Shown one piece after another: positions 27,821 to 36,437 of a stretch of DNA of 40,000 nucleotides. Made by a program: the position numbers and the translations under genes. This DNA is from Photobacterium damselae (GTDB taxonomy: Bacteria > Pseudomonadota > Gammaproteobacteria > Enterobacterales > Vibrionaceae): the NCBI RefSeq assembly GCF_003026815.1, contig NZ_PYOG01000011.1, forward strand, positions 233-40,232. Direction: 5' to 3'. Each line of letters opens with the position of its first letter. Within the stretch, counting starts at the first letter, position 1. Below the pieces are notes generated by a model. That model was not told the origin of the DNA. It saw nothing but the letters and a program-made list of their open reading frames with translations, and made no database searches.

Positions 27821-29566
27821 TTAGATTTTAAATGGCGAATTTTTGCGATTGATACTGTATTGCTCAATCGCTTTATACGGCACGGTTTGGCTGCGTTTTT
27901 TCTTAGTATCAACAATAGTGACGCGGTCTGTGCATGAATAACAAGGATCTAAACTACCGATAATTAAAGGGGCATCAGCAACGGTGTTACCACGCAACAT
28001 ATAGCGCAATGTAGGCCAATTTGCGTATGTTGCAGCACGGCAACGCCAACGGAAGAGTTTTTGATTATCCCCGGTCATACTCCAGTGCACATTTTCCCCA
28101 CGAGGCGCTTCAGTAAAGCCTAATGCAAACTTATTCGGAACATAGTTAAACCCTTCGGTTAAAATCGCCCCAGCAGGTAAGTTATCTAAACCAAACTCCA
28201 CAATATTAAGAGCGTCAAACACTTCACGAATACGAACCATCACACGAGACTGCACATCGCCATTTTCCATGGTTTGCAGCTCAATCGGCACCTTACTGTA
28301 AGCTTCAAACTGCTGTCCATGGATGACACGAACATCACGTTTAAATCCAGTACCACGAATCAAAGGACCTACAGGGCTGTAATTACGAGCGATCTCTTTA
28401 CTTAAAATGCCCACGCCACAAATACGGCTATCGATATTTGGCGTTGCTAATAGCATTTCAACCAGTTCGCTAAAGGATTGACGAACCTCTCGCACCATCG
28501 CAATACCTTTCGTACGCTGCTCTTTAAGAAAATCTCGGCGAACACCACCAATAAGGTTCATACCATAGGTTTTACGAGCGCCAGTTAACAGTTCAGCTAA
28601 CTCCATGGTTTTTTCACGAATACGGAAAAACTGCATAAAGCCAGAATCAAAACCGACAAAGTGGCTAGATAGTCCAATGTTGAGCAAATGGCTATGCAGA
28701 CGTTCAACTTCAAGCAGTACGGTACGAATCATCTTGGCACGAAATGGCACATCCACATCAAGTGCGTTTTCAATCGTATTGCTATACCCCACACTATGGG
28801 TAAAACCGCAAATACCGCACACGCGATCGGTTAATTGAGCGACCTCATGATAACCCATTCGTGTTTCTGCTAATTTTTCCATACCACGGTGGACATAAAA
28901 CATGCGATAGTCAGCATCAACAATGTCTTCGCCATCAACAAACAAGCGGAAATGACCTGGTTCATCGGAAGTGATATGCAAAGGACCCACGGGCACAATA
29001 CGGTTGCTATCGTTGCCTAATTGGTTATCAAACTGATAGGTTTCTGTCTCAGTTGTTGGTTGAGGACGCTGACGATAATCCATAGCGTCTTTACGTAATG
29101 GATGCAGATCTTCAGGCCAATCATCAGGGAGAACCAAACGACGTTCATCTGGTAATCCTACTGGATGTAAACCATACATATCCCGTACTTCTCGCTCCCC
29201 CCAAACCGCAGCCGGAATCGTGGGCGTAATTGAAATAAATTCTTGGCTTACAGGATCGACTAAAACTTTTACCGTTACCCAACTTTTCACTTCGCCTTCC
29301 ATAGACAAAGCGTGATAAACCGCAAAGTGACCATTAAGAGAGCGTTCATCATTACCAAACGTTACAGTAAGCCAACCGCCTTGGTCGTAATAAAGCCACT
29401 TCATTACATCAACTAAAGCTGTCATTTTGACCGTAATCGTAACTTGGTTTTCGGTCTGCCACTCTTCATCTATGATGGCTGATGGGAAAAAATGATTCAC
29501 GCCATCGACATAGTTTTTACCAATACGTTGGGGATTTATAGCTGTTTCAAATATAGAACTTGTCAT
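27821..29566 (-). CDS. hycE: Hydrogenase 3 [NiFe] large subunit HycE (NuoC-NuoD fusion)
   Basis: RVCGICGFTHS N-terminal Ni-ligand motif. C-terminal DPCYSCTDR|V with the HycI-cleaved tail ..RKNSPFKI. Colinear with E. coli HycE throughout. Confidence 0.95.
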   Translation of the reverse strand: MTSSIFETAINPQRIGKNYVDGVNHFFPSAIIDEEWQTENQVTITVKMTALVDVMKWLYYDQGGWLTVTFGNDERSLNGHFAVYHALSMEGEVKSWVTVKVLVDPVSQEFISITPTIPAAVWGEREVRDMYGLHPVGLPDERRLVLPDDWPEDLHPLRKDAMDYRQRPQPTTETETYQFDNQLGNDSNRIVPVGPLHITSDEPGHFRLFVDGEDIVDADYRMFYVHRGMEKLAETRMGYHEVAQLTDRVCGICGFTHSVGYSNTIENALDVDVPFRAKMIRTVLLEVERLHSHLLNIGLSSHFVGFDSGFMQFFRIREKTMELAELLTGARKTYGMNLIGGVRRDFLKEQRTKGIAMVREVRQSFSELVEMLLATPNIDSRICGVGILSKEIARNYSPVGPLIRGTGFKRDVRVIHGQQFEAYSKVPIELQTMENGDVQSRVMVRIREVFDALNIVEFGLDNLPAGAILTEGFNYVPNKFALGFTEAPRGENVHWSMTGDNQKLFRWRCRAATYANWPTLRYMLRGNTVADAPLIIGSLDPCYSCTDRVTIVDTKKKRSQTVPYKAIEQYSINRKNSPFKI

Positions 29567-29575
29567 TGTCGTGAC

Positions 29576-30529
29576 TTACCAACCAAGAATAAAGAACAGC
29601 AGTGCGATCACTGCCACTAAGAACATCGGGAAAATAGCACGATGAATTTTCATAAAACGAAAACGTGCCATCGTATTTTCTGCAATCCCAGCAATTAAGA
29701 AGATCACAAAAAGCTTAATCAGCAAAATTACCGTTGCCGAGAACAGTCCAGTGAATGTCAAACTGCTGGCTTTACCCCATGGAATAAAAATCGCTAAAAA
29801 GAGCTGAGCAACAACAAGCTGTTTTAAGCCAAGACCCAGCTTAACAAGCGCAAGATTAGAACCAGAATATTCAGTAACAGGGCCCTCTTGCAGTTCTTGT
29901 TCGGCTTCTGCGCTATCAAACGGTAACTTACCCATCTCAATAAATAGAGCAAATGCACACACGATGCCGGCTAAAATTAAGGTTAAAGGCTGATGCCAAG
30001 TTTGAGTTGCCATGGCTCGACTAATATAACCAAGATCCGTTGTACCCATCGCGAGCGCCACCAGCAAAATAGCCAGAATAAGGATCGGTTCAACCAAAAT
30101 TCCTAACGTGAGCTCACGGCTACTGCCTAAACCACCGAACATACTGTTAGAGTCAATGCCCGCAAGAGCAAAGAAAAAACGGAATATGGCTAATAAATAG
30201 ATATCTGTGATCAAATCACCAGAGATCGGAAATGGTGATGTTTGGGTAACAGTAGGTAATGCCATTGCGATCAACAGCATAGTGATAATCAATACCCATG
30301 GCATCAGCCAAAAAATCATTCCAGCATTGCTTGGTGCAACTGACTGACGACGCAGCAACTTCATAATGTCGCGGTAATCTTGCAAGATACCAGGGCCTTT
30401 ACGAGAGTGAATTTTCGCCCGTATAACACGAGAGAAACCGGTTACTAATGGAGTTAAAAGCAACATCAATAGCGCTTGAACCACAGCCAAGATGATCCAT
30501 CCCGCTGATGGCATTTCTAATGGAGACAT
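29576..30529 (-). CDS. hycD: Formate hydrogenlyase membrane subunit HycD (NuoH-like)
   Basis: 317 aa with about 8 TM helices. Position between hycC and hycE. Its ATG overlaps the hycC stop (TGATG). Confidence 0.88.
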   Translation of the reverse strand: MSPLEMPSAGWIILAVVQALLMLLLTPLVTGFSRVIRAKIHSRKGPGILQDYRDIMKLLRRQSVAPSNAGMIFWLMPWVLIITMLLIAMALPTVTQTSPFPISGDLITDIYLLAIFRFFFALAGIDSNSMFGGLGSSRELTLGILVEPILILAILLVALAMGTTDLGYISRAMATQTWHQPLTLILAGIVCAFALFIEMGKLPFDSAEAEQELQEGPVTEYSGSNLALVKLGLGLKQLVVAQLFLAIFIPWGKASSLTFTGLFSATVILLIKLFVIFLIAGIAENTMARFRFMKIHRAIFPMFLVAVIALLFFILGW

Positions 30530-32445
30530 CAGTAACTTACTCCTGAAATAAATGGGAAGAAACCGATCACAAATAACGCCAGAACTACGCAGAAGACTTT
30601 CACTTTATGGCAGCTTAATTGACCATTTAGATCGACAAAGAAAGGCAAAACATAACGCTCTGTTAGGGATGTTTTAGGTCGATTATTGTAGATAAAACCA
30701 AACATCTGACGCATTGGTGCAGTAATACCAGCAGTTGAGACTGTCATGCGTTGTTCATATTGATAACCACAAGCCCAAGGATCGCCTTGTTGACGACGAG
30801 ACACTCGATGACCACCAAAAATCATCAGCAATAAAGCAGGAACTAAGGTCAGTAACGCTAAAGCAATAGCAATAACTGGGGTAGAAAGGATGGCTTGCGT
30901 TGGAATCACAGGATATAACGCGGCACCAGAAGCAACGGGAACAGGCATTAAATTCAGCATAGATGAAGCAATCGCAGAGAAATAAGGAGCAATCCATGGC
31001 GAACCAACACCTAAGATAATACAAACGATCGCAAGACTTGATGTTGCCAGTGTCATTGCAGGCCCTACTTCTTTGGTATTGGCCGCTTGTTCTGATTTAG
31101 GCGCACCAGTAAAACACACACCATAAACCTTAACAAAACACATACAGGCTAAAGCACCGGTTAGCGCCAACATCACCATGCCAAATGGACCAAAGATTAA
31201 ATTGGTGACACTGCCAGCTTTACCCAATGAAAATAGCGACTGATAGATAAACCATTCAGAAACAAAACCATTAAGGGGAGGCAAAGCACAAATGGCCATC
31301 GTACCAATCAAAAAGGCGAGAGCTGTCTTTGGCATGGTTTTACCCAAACCGCCCATTTGATCCATCTCTTTAGTATGCATGCGATAGACAATTGATCCCG
31401 AGCCTAGGCACAAGAGTCCCTTAAATACCGCATGATTTAGTAAGTGATATAGAGCCCCTAATAGACCAAGCAAGGCAATAACAGGATGAACTGTTGCAAT
31501 ACCTATCATTGCAACACCCACACCAATTAAAATAATGCCAATATTTTCAACGGTGTGATATGCCAATAGACGCTTGATATTGTGTTCGGCAAGCGCGTAC
31601 ATCACACCAAGAACCGATGACAATGCGCCAAAAATTAAGACGACAATACCCCACCAGAGCTGGCTTGCCCCTAGGAACATAATGCCAAACTTGATGATGC
31701 CATAAATGCCAAGCTTAACCATCACACAAGAGATTAAGGTTGAACTGTGAGATGGCGCTAGCGGGTAAATCTTTGGCATCCAGCCATGTAAACCAATACC
31801 AGCGGCTTTAATACCAAAGCCAAATAGCGCAAAAATAAAGGCCCAAGAAGCCGTTGTACCGGTAATTGGAGTCGCAACAAAAACGCTAAAATCAAAACTA
31901 TGACTATGGCAAACTAAGATCAAAAACGCGACTAAAATGAATAAATTAGCAAGATGATCAACCACGAAATATTGCAGACCAGCTTTTCTGTTTGCTTCAG
32001 AACCGCCACTGACAACAAGCAGAACTGATGCCAGTGAAATGATCTCCACAAAAAACATAAAGACCATTACATTAGCAGCCACAACTAGGGCCGTCATGGC
32101 AGCAGCAAACAAGTTAAACAGTACACTGATTTTCCAACCGCCTTTACCAAGGTATTCCTGCAGATAATTAATGGAATAAATGGATGATGCGATGGTGACA
32201 ATTGAAATAACACACACCATCAGGGCTGAAAGCATATCCATACTCGCCCAATGGTTGGTCATTAAGCTGATATTGCCAGATGTAATGGTGGTTAAACCCG
32301 CAAGCAACCCCAAAAAAGCAGAAAAGGCACTGACAAGGCCTGATAATTTCAATGTCTCTTGTTCGTGCTCTCGGCCATAAAAAGAAAAAATACTTGCGCC
32401 TAAATACCCCAATAGAGCAAGCAGGACTAAAACTAATGGATTCAT
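30529..32445 (-). CDS. hycC: Formate hydrogenlyase membrane subunit HycC (NuoL/antiporter-like)
   Basis: 638 aa polytopic protein with NuoL/Mrp-type blocks (WMPKIYPLAPSHSSTLISCVMVKLGIYG; LLAYHTVENIG). It follows hycB by 2 nt. Confidence 0.9.
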   Translation of the reverse strand: MNPLVLVLLALLGYLGASIFSFYGREHEQETLKLSGLVSAFSAFLGLLAGLTTITSGNISLMTNHWASMDMLSALMVCVISIVTIASSIYSINYLQEYLGKGGWKISVLFNLFAAAMTALVVAANVMVFMFFVEIISLASVLLVVSGGSEANRKAGLQYFVVDHLANLFILVAFLILVCHSHSFDFSVFVATPITGTTASWAFIFALFGFGIKAAGIGLHGWMPKIYPLAPSHSSTLISCVMVKLGIYGIIKFGIMFLGASQLWWGIVVLIFGALSSVLGVMYALAEHNIKRLLAYHTVENIGIILIGVGVAMIGIATVHPVIALLGLLGALYHLLNHAVFKGLLCLGSGSIVYRMHTKEMDQMGGLGKTMPKTALAFLIGTMAICALPPLNGFVSEWFIYQSLFSLGKAGSVTNLIFGPFGMVMLALTGALACMCFVKVYGVCFTGAPKSEQAANTKEVGPAMTLATSSLAIVCIILGVGSPWIAPYFSAIASSMLNLMPVPVASGAALYPVIPTQAILSTPVIAIALALLTLVPALLLMIFGGHRVSRRQQGDPWACGYQYEQRMTVSTAGITAPMRQMFGFIYNNRPKTSLTERYVLPFFVDLNGQLSCHKVKVFCVVLALFVIGFFPFISGVSY

Positions 32446-32447
32446 GA

Positions 32448-33056
32448 TTACAATTCTCCGCCTTGAACAACTGCTGAACTTTCTGCAGCTTGAGCGCGTT
32501 TTATTTGGCGAGCTTTAGCTATTTTCTCTTCATCAACCACCATAATGGCTTGCGTTGGACAAACTTGAGCACAAGCAGGCCCCTCATCACGAAAACCACA
32601 CAAATCACATTTTACCGCGATGCTCTTAACACCCGGTTCCCAAGCGAGAATGTCTTGGCCAAAAGTACTTGGTATTGATGTTGATGGATTGCTAGAACGA
32701 GGAGTTGAAGGAATATAAATATCGTAGCTATTTGCCATCGCAATCGGACGACTACCATCAAAAGCAATCGCGCCAAATGGACAAGCAACAGCGCACAAAG
32801 TACAACCGACACAAAGAGTTTCATTTAATAAAACCCGATCATCTTGTTTCGTGATCGCTTGTACCGGACAAACGGCCGCACAAGGGGCATCCTCACAGTG
32901 ACGACACATCACAGGAGCGGTGGCATCATTTTGTTTGACAACCGTTAAACGAGGGTGGCTCTGTAACCCCTCTTGTTTATGAACGGTTGAACATGCTGCC
33001 ATGCAGGTCCCGCAGCCTATGCACTTTTCGGGATCGGCGATAACAAAGCTTTTCAT
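32448..33056 (-). CDS. hycB: Formate hydrogenlyase 4Fe-4S subunit HycB
   Basis: MKSFVIADPEKCIGCGTCMAAC plus further ferredoxin-type Cys clusters. I chose the ATG at 33056. The track's 5' extension to 33098 would run through the sigma54 promoter. Confidence 0.88.
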   Translation of the reverse strand: MKSFVIADPEKCIGCGTCMAACSTVHKQEGLQSHPRLTVVKQNDATAPVMCRHCEDAPCAAVCPVQAITKQDDRVLLNETLCVGCTLCAVACPFGAIAFDGSRPIAMANSYDIYIPSTPRSSNPSTSIPSTFGQDILAWEPGVKSIAVKCDLCGFRDEGPACAQVCPTQAIMVVDEEKIAKARQIKRAQAAESSAVVQGGEL

Positions 33057-33090
33057 GGCTCTACCAGTTAATCGTAAAAAGCCCCAATAA

Positions 33091-33106
33091 AGCAACATCT
33101 ATGCCA
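33091..33106 (-). promoter_or_regulatory. Sigma54 (-24/-12) promoter of the hyc operon
   Basis: The minus strand reads TGGCATAGATGTTGCT against the consensus TGGCAC-N5-TTGCW. It lies about 35 nt upstream of the hycB ATG. Confidence 0.8.
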
Positions 33107-33201
33107 GCAAAGAATAAACTGTATTTTATGTTTTTATTCAATTAATTAGATAAAATCTATTCCTTGCTTTGTCTAACCCCATGTCAATAACAAGGTAATT
33201 A

Positions 33202-33264
33202 GAGTGTCGATAGATTTTTCGACACTCATTTCGACACTCATTTCGACACTCATTTCGACATAAA
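33202..33264. promoter_or_regulatory. Tandem 12-bp repeat array (TTTCGACACTCA x3 plus one degenerate copy) with an inverted copy; candidate FhlA UAS for hyc
   Basis: The + strand has GAGTGTCGATAG at 33202-33213. TTTCGACACTCA occurs at 33217-33228, 33229-33240 and 33241-33252, followed by TTTCGACATAAA. The array lies 100-170 bp upstream of the hyc sigma54 promoter. Confidence 0.6.
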
Positions 33265-33316
33265 TTAAACTCTTATTCTATGCTTACAAAAAATATAAAC
33301 TTAAATACTTTTTCTA

Positions 33317-33994
33317 ATGGTACGAATAACAACAATGAATCCCATGCTAAAAAAACAACTATTAACGTTAATGCCGTTTTATTTGCTCTTTATTGCAGGA
33401 ATTGTCGATGTAATTGGTTTTTTGCATCTAAAAAATGGCTTATTTGTCTCTTTTATGAGTGGTAATACAACCCATGTCGGGATCTTACTTAATGAACCAA
33501 GTAATCCACTCATTTGGCACTATGTAGGAGTGATTGGACTGTTTGTCTTTGGAGCCATGATAGGAGAAATGTTGGCCCTAAGTGCTTTTCGCTACTATCG
33601 CTGTATTATTATGGCAATCGTCGCTCTACTATTGAGTATTACAGCATTAATTACCAATCATACCGCCCCAATTGTGACCAATTTTGTTTTAAGCTTTGCC
33701 ATGGGCATTCAAAATATCGCGCTACGAGCAACTATAGATAAAGCCACGGCTCTCACCTATGTTACCGGCTTTCTTGTTAATACTGGACGTTCATTGGCGC
33801 TTCTACTGATGGGGCATCGGGAACAAAGTGCTTTTTTTCGGCACTTATTGTTGTGGTTATCCATTTTTCTCGGTGCGATTACGGGAGCGAAAGTAATGAC
33901 AGGCTCCTTAACGATAGCGCTGATTACGCCAATTGTATTATCTCTAATAGCAACAGTGATATTGTATTGGACTCATGAATTGGCAGATGCTTAA
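33317..33994 (+). CDS. YoaK/DUF1275-family inner-membrane protein
   Basis: Six predicted TM helices and family-like blocks (IAGIVDVIGFL, FVSFMSGNTTHVGI, MGIQNIALR). The start is uncertain (ATG at 33317, 33335 or 33344) and none has a good SD. Confidence 0.7.
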   Translation: MVRITTMNPMLKKQLLTLMPFYLLFIAGIVDVIGFLHLKNGLFVSFMSGNTTHVGILLNEPSNPLIWHYVGVIGLFVFGAMIGEMLALSAFRYYRCIIMAIVALLLSITALITNHTAPIVTNFVLSFAMGIQNIALRATIDKATALTYVTGFLVNTGRSLALLLMGHREQSAFFRHLLLWLSIFLGAITGAKVMTGSLTIALITPIVLSLIATVILYWTHELADA

Positions 33995-34004
33995 GGAAAA
34001 AATA

Positions 34005-34047
34005 AAACCATAAGCCAGTTTGTTATAACTTCACCAGCTTATGGTTT
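34005..34047. terminator. Hairpin between convergent genes
   Basis: AAACCATAAGC / GCTTATGGTTT forms a perfect 11-bp stem with a long 21-nt loop. Confidence 0.45.
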
Positions 34048-34054
34048 ATGGTGT

Positions 34055-34453
34055 TTACTGACTCACAGCGGGAGCTGCGGTTGAAGGTTCCACAGGAGCT
34101 TGAACTTCTACAGCTTGTGGCTGTGCAGTTGGTTCAGCTGTTGTTTGAGTCATAGATTTATGAGAAATGGACTCATCAGAGCTAGCTGCAGTGCACGGTA
34201 TTCCCAAGCTCGTTAGTTTTTCAGCAAAAGCTTGGGCTTTAGTTTCACAATACCCCTTTTCATGACTGGCTTGCCACAGCACCTCAGTTCCTGAAGCCTT
34301 TGTGTAATGTACTTCACACGGTACAGAGCTATCAGGGTTTGTGTATACAACTTCAATAACACGCTCACTATTACCACTTTTACAGACGTACTTATCTTGA
34401 GCCTGTGCCTGAAAAGCGAAAATGGATAACGCGACCAATAACAGTGCTTTCAT
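34055..34453 (-). CDS. Secreted Cys-containing protein, 132 aa, with a Pro/Ala/Gln-rich tail
   Basis: AGGAG SD. Signal peptide MKALLLVALSIFAFQAQA|QD. Four Cys. Low-complexity C-terminus (TAEPTAQPQAVEVQAPVEPSTAAPAVSQ). Confidence 0.7.
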   Translation of the reverse strand: MKALLLVALSIFAFQAQAQDKYVCKSGNSERVIEVVYTNPDSSVPCEVHYTKASGTEVLWQASHEKGYCETKAQAFAEKLTSLGIPCTAASSDESISHKSMTQTTAEPTAQPQAVEVQAPVEPSTAAPAVSQ

Positions 34454-34613
34454 TCTTACTACTCCTAAATAGCAGTACCTTAACGACTTGGCGACTTAAT
34501 GGGTATCTTACTCAGTATAATATGACTGGAAGCTGAATATTCCACAGTGAAGTCCCTTGCAAATACCCATTAAGCATACGTCAATTTCAGCTCATACGAA
34601 TAGTAATTTATGG

Positions 34614-36437
34614 TTAACTCTGCCATATCTTTAAAATCACTCGCTCATCACCATCTCGGCGAACCCAACCATCTTTTTCCATGCGGTTTGCAAGCGGAAT
34701 GGAATACTTACGGCTAAGTTCGGTACGATCTTTAATCTCCCCCATTGAGATCCGATCATACACTTGGTGGCCAGCGAGAATCTCTTTAACCAAATTATGA
34801 TACAAACCCATATCAAAATAGATCGTATCATCTAAAGCAGTAATGTATTTTTGATGACTAAGCTGACGTAACCACTTTTTCCCTCCGGCGACCGTCACTT
34901 TATTTAACTCTAAGCCAGCCTTACCAAACTGACGGATTTGCTGCAAAATCACCAAAGCTTCAGCAGGAAGATCATCTTCATTATCTCCAGCGCCAAAGCG
35001 CCATTTCCCATAGCTAAGGTGTACTTTCTGTTGCTGTTTAAGGTGCTGCATAATGGTATTAACCACCGCATCATCTAGCTTAAATCGTGAACTCAATTCA
35101 TTGGTCGCCATTGCATCACCATCTTGCAATAGCGTTAATACATTTTGTATCCACGCATCTAGCCAATGGGAAGCAAAACAGTATGGCGCCAGATAAGTTT
35201 GATCACAGGTTGGGATATATTCACCCTCACTGCTATCAACAATCGGTTCAAAATAGCCTTGTAAAGTGAGTCGCAGCTGGCGTTGATGCTCAATATTTAA
35301 ATCTACAGGCAAGGCATCTAGAGCCTGATATAACGCTCGCTTTTGATGACCTGCAATAAAGTCATGCCACACAACTTCACCGCCATGCATTAAGCGACTG
35401 CCACCTTTTTGAATCAGAGCCAAACGCTGACCAAAAAAGAGAGGAATCGGATGGTTAAACACCACTCGAGCTAATTGAGTCTGTGGCAAGTAGCTGACTT
35501 TCGCTACCCCATGCCATGTCCCGATAGCGGCCTCAACTTGCCGCTGTTTTTTCTCTTTTAATTTTGCATCATTTTTATTAATCCGGATGATGCATTGATC
35601 AGCTAAAGTCATCGTATCATTTGCACTGACAACAAGATGGCCTCGACCAATATCTTTACGACTTACGCCTTTTATATTAAGTGCTACGCGACAGGTCCCG
35701 GAGATCGTCTGTAAACTTTGATGGTATGCTTGGATGGAACGAACCGTACCAACAATCCCTGATGGATAACAACGCACTTTATCACCTAGATTAATGGTAC
35801 CGTGAGCTAACGTGCCAGTTATCACAGTGCCAATGCCATTAACCACAAACGCTCGGTCTACATACAGTTGTAGCTGCGAAGAAATTGTCGATTGCGCCGC
35901 TAAACTCTCATTGACGGTTGAAATTAATAACTGACGTAACGTAGAAATATTATCATGATTAAGTGCTGAAACCGCCACTATCTCTGGCAACAATCCAGTC
36001 AGATCCATCACATTATCTAAAGCTTGATCCTCAATATCAGCCAATTGACTGGCATCTACTTTGTCTTTTTTATTGATACAAACAACAATGTGCTCTATTC
36101 CCATCGCATGGGCAACTTGAACATGAGAAGTGGTCATTGGCATCCACCCCTCATCTGCAGCAATAACCAGTAATAACACATTTAAGTGCCAGACCCCTGC
36201 AACCATATTTCGCAAATACCGCTCATGTCCTGGCACATCAACCACACCAATGGTATTACCGCTGTCATCTTGAAAGTGAGCAAAGCCTAAATCTTGTGTC
36301 ATACCCAAGGCTTGTTCATGAGCTCGCGCGGTCATCATGCCCGTTAATGCTTGAATCAGTGCTGTTTTACCATGATCAACATGGCCTGCTAATCCGATAA
36401 CGGCTTGGTAAGGAACCGATGAATTTGACGCAACCAT
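34614..36437 (-). CDS. selB: Selenocysteine-specific elongation factor SelB
   Basis: GTPase motifs GHVDHGKT, DVPGHERY and NKKD, followed by a long C-terminal winged-helix-type extension. Its ATG overlaps the selA stop by 1 nt (TAATG). Confidence 0.92.
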   Translation of the reverse strand: MVASNSSVPYQAVIGLAGHVDHGKTALIQALTGMMTARAHEQALGMTQDLGFAHFQDDSGNTIGVVDVPGHERYLRNMVAGVWHLNVLLLVIAADEGWMPMTTSHVQVAHAMGIEHIVVCINKKDKVDASQLADIEDQALDNVMDLTGLLPEIVAVSALNHDNISTLRQLLISTVNESLAAQSTISSQLQLYVDRAFVVNGIGTVITGTLAHGTINLGDKVRCYPSGIVGTVRSIQAYHQSLQTISGTCRVALNIKGVSRKDIGRGHLVVSANDTMTLADQCIIRINKNDAKLKEKKQRQVEAAIGTWHGVAKVSYLPQTQLARVVFNHPIPLFFGQRLALIQKGGSRLMHGGEVVWHDFIAGHQKRALYQALDALPVDLNIEHQRQLRLTLQGYFEPIVDSSEGEYIPTCDQTYLAPYCFASHWLDAWIQNVLTLLQDGDAMATNELSSRFKLDDAVVNTIMQHLKQQQKVHLSYGKWRFGAGDNEDDLPAEALVILQQIRQFGKAGLELNKVTVAGGKKWLRQLSHQKYITALDDTIYFDMGLYHNLVKEILAGHQVYDRISMGEIKDRTELSRKYSIPLANRMEKDGWVRRDGDERVILKIWQS

